DNA of 64,000 nt, taken from positions 139,438 to 203,437 of the forward strand of contig JBLWGC010000216.1 of assembly GCA_048772705.1 (NCBI GenBank). The letters run 5' to 3'. The first letter of the stretch is position 1. The number at the start of each line of letters is the position of its first letter. A program made the translations under genes and the position numbers. Positions 23,764 to 36,093 of the stretch are shown here, one piece after another. This stretch comes from Leidyana gryllorum EB-2025a. Taxonomy: Eukaryota > Protista > Apicomplexa. The notes under the pieces are model-generated. The model ran no database searches and was not told the origin of the DNA. It worked only from the letters and a program-made list of their open reading frames with translations.

Positions 23764-26700
23764 TTATACGTTCTCAAGTGATGTATCTAGAGACAGAGCT
23801 TGCCCGGCCATTTCAGCACTGGAAGGTTGGGATTCAAATAAGGCCCTCTTAGCCGCCCGGCGTCGTAATCTTCGTCGGTAGGCAGGCTTTGGGATGACCT
23901 CATCCAGTAAGGCGTTGAGTAAGCACCAGCCAAGGGCACTCGCATAATGCCACCAAGAAATTGGGGTCAAACTGAATACTCGTCGCAACCCCGGGACGAA
24001 GCACAGTAATAGAGTCAGTGTGGAAGCCAAAGAGCATGTCAGATGCATCCAGCCATTATTGTTGAATACTTTGTACATAGGCAGCCAGCTACGAACCTGA
24101 AGTACGAGCGCCATTATGACGTGGATTGGAACCCGGTGTGGCATATCACTCACGGTGTAAACACGTAACACCTCGGTGGTGACAGCACAAGCAAATGATT
24201 GAGTGCTGGCGCGCATGCTACCCAAGGCGTTAACATAGGTGTAGTCAGTCGGATGGCGCCAGCCACTTGGGGGCAAGCACCATCCGTCCTCGTCGATCGC
24301 ATCGTCACCACAATTAAGTCGCTAAACGAGATATTGGACAACTCGCGAACAAATAGCGAAGCCTTACGTTGTCTATCCCGAAGATCTGAGCAGTGGTCAG
24401 TTTATGCTCATACTTCCCTTCGATCACTCCTAGATACTGTTGCATCGTTCCTTGATAATAAAAGTCGACGTTTGTCACCCAACCAGAGAAGCCTTTGTAA
24501 GACCGATACTCATGCGTCTGGCAGTAATACACCGCGTCTTCGCCAGTACGGTAGCACTGCTCGTGGATCTGTCCCAGACGAATAACGCCAGTGCTTAGAT
24601 ACATTGCAATACAAAGATTGGCTAGAACCACCCCCGCTTCAAACAGAGTGTGGGGCAAATTGCCGTAGAGCCACCAGTCTTTAGTCATGATGCTTTCTCC
24701 TTTCGGTCGAGGAGGTTTCTGAATAGACAACAAGTGATAGCCTTCTCGGAAACGTGTGTGTTACTCACCTCCATGCAATCACGATCAGCAGGTTCACGGC
24801 ATATCGATACCGCCGGACATCCTGAAGTCATCAGATTTAGGAATAGGATTTGCACAGCATCAATTGGCATCTTGAGACGAGCAATAATGGCAATAAGTAG
24901 ATACATAATCTCGCCGACATTGGTACCCAGTAGATAGCAAACGAACTTTTGGATATTGCCATAAATCTTGCGTCCCTCTTCGACAGCAGCCACTATGGTT
25001 ACAAAGTTATCGTCCAGCAGCACCATTTCGGAAGCTCCCTTGGCAACATCTGTACCCGAGATTCCCATCGCAATACCAATATCTGCCGCCTGAAGAGCTG
25101 GGGCGTCGTTCACACCGTCCCCAGTCATCGCCACCACGTGGCCCTGACGTTGCAGAGATTTAACTATTGCAATTTTGTCCTCGGGTTGGGCCCTGGCGAA
25201 GACACGCGTATTAGCCGTCAACTCGTCTATATTCTCGTCAGGTAGGACAGGTTCATTGGGGTCATTGTTCTCTCGCAACGCCGTACACGGCACAGCTCCT
25301 CCAGTTTGGGGTCCTTCTTCCTCGCTGCAAAGAAGAGTTGCTGTGTCTCGCCAACACGGTCACTGTTTGGAACTCACCTGAGTAATCCGATCTGTTTGGC
25401 CACAGCTGTGGCAGTATTGATCTGATCACCAGTGATCATCACGACACGGACGCCAGCTCTGTGACAAACCGTCACAGCGTCTTTTACCCCGTTGCGTGGG
25501 GGGTCAACAGATCCGAAGAGACCCATAAAGACGATAGGGCCGGAATAGTAGTAACCCAATTTGTCTTCGGTCGAGTCCATCTGGGTGATTCGTGTCACTT
25601 CACTCGCAGTGAGCGGGATGATTGCGACACCCAAAACCCTCAGCGCTCTCTGCAAATGGACATTTCTATTTGACATAGAAGTCGGAACTCACTTGCGCTA
25701 GACCCATGTTGGCATCTGCGATTTCATGTAATTCCCTTTCGGTTATTCTTTCAGACCAGTCCACGTGTATTTTCCCTTCTGATGACGGCGTATGACGGCA
25801 CATGAATTTCGCGTGTTCGATAACTCTTTCGGGAGCGCCCTTCAATACAGCGACATGGGTGAACGGAGTGTGGGGAGCTTCTAGAGCAATGTTGTTGAAA
25901 TCGTCTTCCTTGGGTAATCGATGTACTGTGATCATCACCTTCCGTGCGGAGCTGAATGGAATTTCTGCTTCCTGCACACGAGGGTAGTCATCGTGTGCAT
26001 TGTGCCAACCTTCCATCGCCACACCCAGCCGCGCTTTCGCAGCAGCCACCACAATAGCACCCTCACTCATGTTGCCCAAAGTATTCCACTTTCCCGTTTC
26101 GACGTCTTTCTCCAAGCGAGTACCATAGGAGTTCAAGTAGCCAGCGAGAACCATGCTCCGCACGGGGACTGAATCCTCATCCTGCGTGTTCGGGTCGCCT
26201 AAATCCACGCATACAGAATTGTAGTTGGGTATCCTTGCCTCAACCAGCGCTAAAACTCTTTCCTTCTTCTGATCGTCCAATTCCGTATCTTTGAATATGC
26301 CACCTTCAGGATTGTAACCTTTGGTCGGCCAGAACGAAAAAGAGCGGGTCGCTTCAGCGCCCGTCCGTCTTGTGAAAGATACAATCTTTACGGCAGTCAT
26401 TTTGCCCTCTGTCAATGTGCCAGTCTTGTCAGAGCACACAACGGAACAGCATCCCAGAGTTTCAACCGCTGGGAGTTTGCGAAGCTGAGAAAAGATCGAA
26501 ATTGAGACGCCACACCATCAACAAACTTACGTTCGCATTACGTGCGGCCATATCGCGGCATCCCAACGATAAACAAACTGTAACGACCATCGGTAAGCCT
26601 TCTGGGATCGAACTGACAGCAAAGCCAACACCAACCAAGATGATCTGAACCGACACCATGTCATCACCAACGTCCTCCGCACTCACACTTACCGACAAAA

Positions 26701-27943
26701 TCGGGTTGGCATCTGGGTGGCTGGGATCTTTGTATTTGGTAAAGATGGCGATCATGACCACTACGGCAAGAGCTCCAACCGAGAACAGTCCAATTAATCC
26801 TCCCAAACTGTCCAATGCCGCTTGCAGTGGTGTCTTGGATCGCTTCTTCGAAGCTTCATTCGACAACTGCTCGGCAATGCGCCCCACCTATATGGACCAG
26901 ATGAGTTGGCAACAAACAGTTCGCCCTCTTCTACCACTCACTTGAGTCTGCATGCCGGTCGCATACACGATGCCTAAACCTTTGCCATTGACGATATTCG
27001 TAGAGCCAAAGACAAGATTGTCCGCGAAAGCCGCCGTAGGGTCGGTAGCAACTAGGATCTTTTTGACGTCGTCCGGCTCGCCCGTCAGAATGGCCTCATT
27101 GGACTTCAAGTCGGCGGCCTCGATGATTCGCGCGTCTGCAGCGACGCTGTCCCCTGTTGCCAGGCACAATATGTCTCCAGGAACGACGTCCGTGGCTTCA
27201 ATCTCTACCTCCTTGCCCCCGCGGATTACCCGACATCTCGGCGATGCGAGACCCGCCAGAGCAGCCAACGCATCCCCAGCACTTTTCTCCATCCACGTTG
27301 AAAGAATGGCATTCGCGAGAACACACGCCCAAATCACCGATCCTTCCACCCACTCCTGGAAGCCCCAGCAAACCAAAGCGGCAATTATGAGAATGATAAT
27401 CACTGGTTGGGTTAGATTTGAGAAGAAGACCTTCCAAAGCGGATCTCGCTTATCGGCTGCCAATTCATTCTTTCCGTACACCTCTTGGTTTACTTCAGCT
27501 TGTTCGTGAGTCAAGCCGTGTACCAGGTCACTAGTGTAGCGCGCGGCCAGTTCTACGGCTGGAGTAACCGCCCATTGGTTCTGTCCCAGTCCCTCTTCCA
27601 ACAAGGCTTCTTGGCTGGTTGCCAGAGCAGCGGCGAACGCCTCGGGGTCGTGACTTCGAGCGTAGCTTATCAACTCCTGGAGAGAAAACTGAGAACCTGA
27701 TAGACGCGAGATCACACGAGCGGTATCGTGATCTGCATACTCCTCCAACGCACGCTCTCCAATGTTCTGTTTGTGATGTGGGTGGTGAGTTGGAGGAGCA
27801 CCAGGCGTGAGTAGTGAGCCACTTCGTGGAATCGACAATTGCGAGTGCGATTTCGATAGCTGTTTCAACAAACGATGGTGTACTTCTCGAGCATGATGGT
27901 TTAGCTCCTTAGAGCGACTGTGCTGCGGGCCCTCGTTGGCCAT
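23764..27943 (-). CDS. ATP4: P-type ATPase, ATP4/ENA-like Na+ pump, copy 2 (about 8 introns)
   Basis: Start MANEGPQ at 27943. [66 protein letters not shown]. Confidence 0.92.
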
Positions 27944-28336
27944 CTTGCAGGATACTTGAGCGGTGGAAAAGAGGTCGTCGTCGTCGTCGTCAAAGAAACG
28001 ATAGTTTCGAGCCAAATAGTCAATTCCAGCAGCCCTCAAAACGCACACAAAGTGAAATCGCAATCCCCCGTCTTCACTTGCGAAAACAAATACATTTAGA
28101 TTATGGCCCTGGACCTTGCGGATCAACGGAAAGTGGACGACGAGGCTCGTCAGGCTCCCGCCGCATACAAAAGCCAAGGCGACCGGTTTTATCATGACGG
28201 ACGTGAGAACTCTTTGCTCTGCTTGTGCTGATGGCACTGCGTGTGGTGTGTGTCTGCGGTTGCGTGTGTCTCCCACGGGCGCAAACCTGTGAATTGTGTT
28301 TCTGCTATCATTGTGGACTGCGTGGCATCCTTGTGG

Positions 28337-29035
28337 ATGGGTGTGAACGATTTGGCTGCAGGCGAGATCGAACTTTTGGATTTTGTATACGAGATCGATC
28401 GTGATAGCGACATTCAAGGCAATTCGACCAAAGTACTGCAGGCCATCGACCGTTTCGGCGCTGAGAGACGGTACTTGATGACCATCGGCGCTGAGAAGGG
28501 AGATATTGTTCGTGACAAGATATTGGAGTATGTCAGGAAGGCCAACTTTCGACCGATCATTATGGTTGAACTGGGGGCATATGTGGGCTACTCTGCAATC
28601 ATGTTCAGTCGGCTTCTCCCTGGAGGCTCCAAATATTACTCAGTGGAGGCTATCCCGGAATTCGCTGCTGTATCTACAAAGATGATCGAATTGGCAGGAT
28701 TGTCGAACGTCGCCCAGGTGATTGTTGGGTCTGCTGACCAGAATATCCCCAAGCTCCGGGATCGCCATGGAATAAAGAGTATCGACATTGTGTTTTTGGA
28801 TCATGCAAAAGAGCGATACTTGCCCGACCTTAGAACGTTGGAGGAACTTGAGTTTATCAAACCCGGAACTCTGCTGGTTGCAGATAATGTGATAAAGCCT
28901 GGCAACCCGCCCTATTTGGCCTATGTGCGGGGTGAGTCGGGCGAACCCCGCCATCGGTACCAATCGGAGATGTTCAAAGCTCCTGAGCCGTCGGGAATTG
29001 AGGATGCTGTGGAGATCTCCCTATGTGTCCAATAA
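28337..29035 (+). CDS. Catechol O-methyltransferase-like SAM-dependent methyltransferase, intronless
   Basis: LMTIGAEKG, VELGAYVGYS (SAM motif I), FLDHAKERYLPDL, ADNVIKPG. Confidence 0.9.
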   Translation: MGVNDLAAGEIELLDFVYEIDRDSDIQGNSTKVLQAIDRFGAERRYLMTIGAEKGDIVRDKILEYVRKANFRPIIMVELGAYVGYSAIMFSRLLPGGSKYYSVEAIPEFAAVSTKMIELAGLSNVAQVIVGSADQNIPKLRDRHGIKSIDIVFLDHAKERYLPDLRTLEELEFIKPGTLLVADNVIKPGNPPYLAYVRGESGEPRHRYQSEMFKAPEPSGIEDAVEISLCVQ

Positions 29036-29790
29036 TTGGAATGTTGAATGTAAATGTTTAGAACTTGTTTGCGGTACTTGGTGCGCTGTGCAGCGATCTT
29101 CGTATGTACGTGTGTACTGCCTCTGTGTGGTCCGCCTTTGTCTGATTGTAATCTCAACAACAACAACAGCTACAGCTACAGTCGGTTCTCGTAGGCCGAT
29201 GCCCCGCTTTGAAATCTAGGGGCGCACGCAACTAGGCTGTTCCCCCTTCTAGTGGACTTGTGTGTGTGGACCCAGGGACGCCCTATCAATTTTTGAACGG
29301 GGTGATATAATCACCCGCACACACAGACATACAGCGTCTCGATCCCCTTTCTCGCTCCCATATACACACACAGTCACACACACGCATCTGGCCAGGCGTT
29401 AGCAGCAGTGCATAGAGTTGTGAAAGAGAAAGGTGAAGGGGAGCGGTGATGAATGTAGTGGACGTAAGAAGGTAATATGCACAGATCTGAGGGTAGGCAA
29501 AGCACTACAGGAGTCTTTTAGAGGATGTTGTTGAAAAGAGCAAGTCGCATGTGAACATGCAAGAGGGAACAGACATATCCCGAAGGGTTGGAAGTCAGCG
29601 ACCGGTGAACGGCGCACACACGTAAGTGGCTCAGATCACATTGGCAGCGTTGATCGATGTCTCGTTCAGACGGGCCGCCGGAGACTGCAAGCGACGACGA
29701 TTAAACCGTCCTTATACCATTCATGGCGATGCCTCTGGACCTATATTATCTCAGTCTATCCAACGATGGGTCAATTGTGCCTCGGCCGTA

Positions 29791-32090
29791 ATGTCGGAGA
29801 AGGAAGTTCCATCAGGGTCGAATTGGGCTGCGAGCCCCACCGACTTGTCTCAACGGAAACGAATTCTTATCCGAGCACAGCGGCCAGGAAAATCTCAATC
29901 AGTGGCCAATGGTGAAATTACCCTCAATGACCTCGAACCTGTGTACTTTGAGGTTAGTAGAATCTTTCTTGTCGCCTCTCCAATCTCGATTACCACAGCA
30001 TCGTCTGAGTCCCGAGCAGGCCATTCTGGGGCGAGGAACGTACGGCGTTGTTCGATTGATGAGACTCAAATCTACTGGAGAGTACTTTGCTGTCAAATCG
30101 GTAATGCCCCATCCCACATGTGTCCACCTCTATCCCTTCTCGCAGCTCGACAAAACAATTGTGGTCTCTACAGGGATGCTGTCTCAAGTCCACCTTGAAA
30201 TTGCAGCTCAGCGGCTCGTGTCCCATGAGCATACTGTCCGGTAAGCACGTCAAGAGACATTGACTCATCATGCTCTTTCGCAGGTGTTGGAATGTTGTTG
30301 CCGACGACACTCACGTACACCTCATTCTGGATTATTGCCGTAATGTGAGTGAAAATTGTCTGTGTCTCCGTCCGTGTCACTGTGTGTATGTGCGTGAGTG
30401 GAGTGAATCCTTTGTGTCGCGCCCAATCTTCATTCGATATTCGATTTCAGGGCGATCTATTCCGCAAGTTACGGAGCGCACCGAACCGGAGACTGAATGA
30501 GCGACACGCTTTCAAATTATTTCTGCAACTGATATCTGGGCTGTCGCATATCCACGCCTTAGGTTTCTGTCATCGAGATCTGAAGCTGGAGAATTTATTA
30601 TTGGACGAAAAGAATGATCTGAAGATTGCAGACTTTGGATGGGTGTCACGGATCAACGGAAAATGCCGAAACTTCAACTTTTGCGGTACACTAGACTATC
30701 TCGCGCCAGAAATGATCCGAGGCACTGGACACGACTGGCGCGTTGATGTATGGGCAGTCGGAGTTGTCCTGTATGAACTTCTAGCTGGCAAACCCCCCTT
30801 CCTCTCCACCCGCCATTACGAGCTCCTTGACAGAATCCTGAGTGCCAGGGTACACACAGACACGGTTTGCGGGCCTGCACGAGTTCACGGACCTATAAGA
30901 CCTGACGCTCTCTCTGCAGTCAACGCCTTCCTGCAGACCGATCCGGATCGCCGAATCAGATTCGCAGGTACGACTGAATTGTTATGTGAACACACATGCG
31001 TGTGGTGACCACACTTGTGTGCATAATCTTGCTGGTGTCTCCGCCCGGCATTGATTGTACTACTGTGGTGCTGTTCGGTTATCAATGGGTTTAATTTCTC
31101 GATGACGAAGGGTTGTTTGCAGACATCTTGGGTTTGGACTGGGTGAAGCGCATGCTTAAGGAGACCTATAGTGTGTTCTTGCGGAGGTGGCCAGAATATG
31201 AAAGCACGCCTAAGAGTCCCCGGCTGACGACTACGGCCCGGAAATTACGGCGGGTACCTCCAAAAACAAAGGGGTCGCACGACAAGGTGGTGACGTCGGT
31301 GGAGCTTCCCCAACTTTTGCGGGAGGTGAGTCGATTAAGCTCATCGACTGGGTCAGAATTGCGGACCCGACCGTCGCTACCGGAGACCGAGCCGGCTCCG
31401 CCCCCCTTACAATCGCTGGCATCTGTGCTATCGTCTCGATCAGTCGGTCTGAGTCGAGCTGTGGGGGGTAAGCGAGGATTTTCGAGATTATTGGAAGCAC
31501 ACAAGCGCGCTTCGAGCGGGTCTTCTGTGCAGCCTGAATTACGGACACGGCTGGGTAGTTCCAGCGAAATTAATGGATGGGGTTTACCCCCTGTGACACC
31601 GTATGTGCCGCCGGCGGCAGAGTTGCCAGCCTCCACACGGATGCGTCAGCATCGGCGAGTTGTATCGCCTCGTAACGCTGTATCAACGACGACTATCTCT
31701 GAGCACGATAGTTCGGCAGCCGAGACTCCGTGTCGGAGTATTCGTTCGCCGCCTCTGACAAGACAAGTAGAACGGCGTCATGTGCCGATCTTGAGTGACA
31801 TAGACCTGACATCAGAGTCTCTGAACACCCCTTCCACGTACACACCATCTAACTGTCCACCGCCATTACCACCATCAGCAGCGGGGCGAGTGGCAACACC
31901 GAGTAGTATGGCTCATCCCAGAAGCTCGCATCAGTCCCAAGCCCACCATTCGCGATTACCTTCACCACCCACAACGTCCCCACCAATGCGCGCGTTTGAT
32001 TCGGTGCCACTACTTCGTCAGTCGCCCCTCGTAGGAGCAGTAGCTCAGCGGCCGACGCCAATGTTGAGCAGCATTTCGGCTTATCCATGA
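29791..32090 (+). CDS. Aurora-family kinase with a long Ser/Pro/Arg-rich C-terminal tail, multi-exon
   Basis: GRGTYGVV, FAVK, HRDLKLENLLL, KIADFGW, CGTLDYLAPEMI, HDWRVDVW. Confidence 0.85.
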
Positions 32091-32159
32091 TTGTTTACAG
32101 TGTGTCTGCTTCAAAATCGAGTGCATGTGCATCTAACTATATCGCACGCCCACAAAGTC

Positions 32160-33210
32160 ATGCTCGGACCACATCCTGCCACAGAACTCCCCAACGCGCC
32201 TTATGCCGGGTATACACCCGCGCCAGGTGTCGTGCCGCCCATAGAGGCACCCGTATTTCCTGCCAGTTGCTGGTGAGTTGACCAATCCCGACCACTGCCT
32301 CATCTGTCCCAGGAACCCTTCGAACAAGTGCGTGGTGACTGCGTCTCAGCCGGTCATCCCGGTCCCGGTGACGCAGGAGATCCACAGAAAAGAAAAGGTC
32401 ATTGAGGTCGACCAGACTATCGTCACTGATCGAGTGGTCCCCCAAGTTTACCATCAGGAAGTCTTCTATGAGGTCCCGAAGCTCGCCCTCGACATCAAGG
32501 AGCGGAAGCTGAATGTTCCTCAGATCGAAATCACCGAGGAACCCCGCGAAATCCCCTGCGCAGTCGGCTTCAACTTCCGTTTGGTTCCCGTTTGGGAAAT
32601 GAGAGAGGTTCCCCGTCTCTTCCCCGCTTACAGCGGCAAACAGGAAGTCATTGAAGTTGGCATTCCGCAGGTACAGATCGTCGATAAGAAGGTCGAGAAC
32701 GAGGTGCCCATCTATGTTGGTGAGAAGACTGTGGAGAAAGAGGTGAGCTTCAATCGCCAATTTTGCCCAAACACCGCGTCGCACGCAGGTCATTGAGGAA
32801 GAGGGCGTTGAGGTCATTCAATACAAATACGTCAAGAAGGAAGAGGAAGTGCCCGTGTACAACTATCGTCCTGTCTGTGAGCTCGAGGTCTCTGTGCCCG
32901 CACCAGTCGTTGTCCCGGTGCCCATTGCTCCGGTAAGCCTCCCCTCTCCCCCACTTTGCCCTCAGATCACACACTCTCCTCACTTCTGCAGAAAGAGAAG
33001 GCTCTCGAAACTGAACACATCTCTTGGGAGGAGTACAAGAAGACTCTCGGCAAGGGCAGTTTGGCAAAGGTCAAGAGACAGATGCGGACTCTGTGCCATT
33101 CTCATCGCCCTTGTGACGCTGCGTCACCTCCTCAGTCTCCGCCTTTCACTCCTAAGCTTCAGAGAATGCCCCAGAATTCTCCTCACCAGGATTCCCGCCG
33201 TCAGGATTAG
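32160..33210 (+). CDS. Alveolin / inner membrane complex (IMC) protein, multi-exon
   Basis: V/P/E/K-rich alveolin-type repeats (EKVIEV, EVPK, EVGIPQVQIVDKKVENEVP); GT-AG introns join the ORF pieces in frame. Confidence 0.8.
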
Positions 33211-34236
33211 TGGAAGAAATCAATGAATTATAATGACCTGCGTTATCTTTGTTTTTACCACAGATCTTCTTTCACTTACAGCTTGCCAGAAGGTGCCGAT
33301 GGAAAGATACGCACAACGGCAGACCCGTCTCCTCCTCGTTGTACACCCGGGCTCCATCGGCCTGGTACACCTTGACCGGCCGATGCAATATCTTCGCGAT
33401 CGCCGTCAACTCAACCTCTCCCCTGAGAAAAGGAGGGGACAGTAAAGGGGGGGGCGAGAGAGAGGAAGAGAGGAGAGGAAGTAAACAGAGGGAAGTAAAC
33501 AAAGGGAAGTAAACAAACGATCCGTAACACAGATCCACGAACGCCTCGCCTCTCAGGTTCGACTTCGTCACCACCTCCCCAACTACGTATATCCACAATA
33601 CTTACCCGTAGTCATCTGAATTTCGCAATCGATCGAGATAGTATACAAATCCACTTTCGGTCTGATACTCGTCTTCGAGAAAGAAGATATATTCGTCTCG
33701 GTGCTGAGTCAAATAGTCGGCTGCCATCTCGCGTAGTTGACGGTATGTGAAACTTTCCCCGCCAGTCAATGCGATCTGATGCGCTAATGCTCTGTACAAA
33801 CAGTTCCCATCTGCGCTGATTGGATACACAGCTTTCCCTTCTTCATCCAACAGACGCTGGATTCGACCACTTTCAATAGCTGAGTGGTCCGTACCCGCCA
33901 TTTGCTGCTTCGCTTCTTCCAGAGCAGCTTGTCTTTTGGCGGCTTGCCGCTGCTTCTTCAGCTCAGACTTCTTGGGACCAGTGTCTTTCATTACAAACTG
34001 TATCCCCTCATCCGCTGAGCTCGAGCCACCCTTCTCCTCGGGGTCCTCCAAGGCGGCTATACGCGCCTCATACTCTTTTTGGAGGGTCTTGCGTTTACGT
34101 CTGTCCCCTTCTTGTGCTACAGCCTCCTTCATCTCAGCTTTCAATTGCTGGTAACATTGCCGTTACGTCCACCAAACACACTCTACTCGCTTACCAAGAC
34201 CGCCTTGCGGCGCTCAGCAGCACTGAGCCCAGACAT
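33152..34236 (-). CDS. OTU-domain deubiquitinase (OTUD6-like), 4 exons
   Basis: Charged N-terminus, ADGNCLYRA catalytic Cys motif, YGGEVEL, and a spliced last exon supplying HYNS. Confidence 0.85.
33474..33516. repeat. ~14-bp tandem repeat x3 (GGAAGTAAACA core) inside an OTU intron
   Basis: Seen directly. Confidence 0.8.
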
Positions 34237-34282
34237 AATTTAGTTTTTGTCACGTGTTCGGTCGCGAAGGTGCAACTCGTAG

Positions 34283-34708
34283 ATGTCGCGTGACCCAGGC
34301 TACTACGTGGTGCCTCCAGGCCTAGCCACCACCGGAACAGAGCGTCTCCAAGATGACGAACTCCTCGCAGCCAGTGCTACCAGTGCCCCCACTGACATTA
34401 CCAAGAAGCCTATGGTTACTCTAGTTGACCCATTGACAGGTTTACAAACATATGCTTTTATATTGGCGGTGCACACACATTCTGTTAGTCCTACTCCTTC
34501 CCCCTCTATCGCAGCCCAGCCAGCCTCGGGACCTTCCAGAACAGAACCTCAGAGCGGATTGGACCAAACAGCCCTTCTACAGCTCGATCGCACCCTCGAT
34601 GAAGTCCATCATGCTGTTAAAACCGAGAACGCCAAACGCCGCAAGGTTTCAGTCTCCCCTCCAATAAAATTGGAAGATGAACTAACACCTCCTCCGCCAG
34701 ATCAGTAG
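34283..34708 (+). CDS. Hypothetical protein, 141 aa
   Basis: ATG-started ORF filling the gap between OTU and SPT4; NLS-like AKRRKV. Confidence 0.5.
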   Translation: MSRDPGYYVVPPGLATTGTERLQDDELLAASATSAPTDITKKPMVTLVDPLTGLQTYAFILAVHTHSVSPTPSPSIAAQPASGPSRTEPQSGLDQTALLQLDRTLDEVHHAVKTENAKRRKVSVSPPIKLEDELTPPPPDQ

Positions 34709-35216
34709 CCGGCTGCACTTTGTCCACCCATCTGCGTCGAGATCGCATAGGCGCCCGCCACACAATGGGTCAAACCATTGAACTTGGCCACCCAACTGGT
34801 CTCGGGTCTCAATATAGCAACGAGACTGAGCATCCCAACCACACTATTGCCATCGCAACCAGAACCACACTCACCCTTTGAAGTTCGGCGTGGTATTGGC
34901 CCATATCGCTTCTCGATTGTTGTCCATCTCCAAATCAGGACAGTTCGTACAACCGTTCTCGAGGAACTGCTCCTCGGACATCACCATATTGCACCGAGTA
35001 CATGCGCGTAGCTTCAGGACCGTAGTCTCACGCACTCCTTGTTTACCACTCCGGTCACGAGTCTTCGACTTTCTCACTGAGCTCGCCGGCACCAAGATAC
35101 CAGCGGACCCCTCCTCGTCACTAACACAAGTTGATGCCCATCACGCCATCATCGACTTACTACTGGTCATCGACGTCGTCGTATTGTTGGTTGTAGTTGC
35201 CACCGCGTTGGTACAT
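34702..35216 (-). CDS. SPT4: Transcription elongation factor SPT4, 3 exons
   Basis: LRACTRC...QFLENGCTNC zinc finger, TTPNFKG, SWVAK, GAYAIS. Confidence 0.92.
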
Positions 35217-35285
35217 TGCCTTTTTTTTCTACCGTTGTTGGACTCAAAGTTTCGGTGACCACATGACAGCATACAACGACATAGT

Positions 35286-35978
35286 CTAACCGTAGATTCT
35301 CTGTGGCTTGCCCATAGTCGATTTGATGTGAAGAGTCTTCACATTATTCCAGTTCTTCTTGAGCAGAGACACAAAGAAGTTGATGGACATCGAGATGTTC
35401 TCTCGGAGCTCATCAGCAGACATTTCCACGTTGCCCACGGCAACTCCCATGCACAACACCTTCTTCAGCTGGAACTTCACTGTTGAGCGCACTTCGGCAA
35501 TCTTGTCCTCGAGCTTCTCGTTGTGAGTCACAATCAGAGGGAACTTGCCAGCCTTGTTCAAGCCAGGACCCAACAGACGAGGGATCTGGGGAATGAGCAC
35601 TTGCGAGGCGAGGAAAGCATCGTACTTGGCCGCAAGCTTCTTCACAAGCTTGGTGTTCTTGTTCAATGCCTTAAGCTCCTCAACGTCCATGCAAGGGATA
35701 CCGGCAGCCTTGGCTTCCTCGCAGTGCAGGGCATCACCCAAAACACACACGGACCGGTTGGGCGCAGCAGTGTGAGGCAACTTCACCGAACCAGCGAAAC
35801 GCTTGTCCCTCTGGGTATCGTAATCCTTGATACCGATCTGGAGCTCTACAGTCTCGACGAAGTTCCTCTTCTTGCCGCCAAGCACCTCAGCGATAGCGCT
35901 CTTGAGAACATCCTGGGGAATCTTGCTGCGCAAATCAAACAATCATTACACACAACTTTCGTCTGGTACTCACCTCAT
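35286..35978 (-). CDS. RPL10A: 60S ribosomal protein L10a (uL1); 5-nt first exon then one intron
   Basis: [49 protein letters not shown]; ATGAG|GTGAGT first exon. Confidence 0.97.
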
Positions 35979-36093
35979 TGCTACTCACAGCAGGGGGGAA
36001 GGTGATCGTGTATGGTACTGTCTTTGATGGTCTACCAAGGGCGACGCAAAAAAAATTGGGCAGAGTCAGGATGCATAAATTTCTAACGTTGTG

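Noticed and set aside
27944-28417. N-terminal extensions of ATP4-2 (to 28417) and COMT (from 28241) in the ORF track
   Set aside because: Non-ATG starts, mutually overlapping, no motif content; ATGs at 27943 and 28337 fit better.
29219-29317. Calling the Sm-site element U5 snRNA
   Set aside because: The loop reads CUGUUCCCCCU rather than the invariant GCCUUUUAC.
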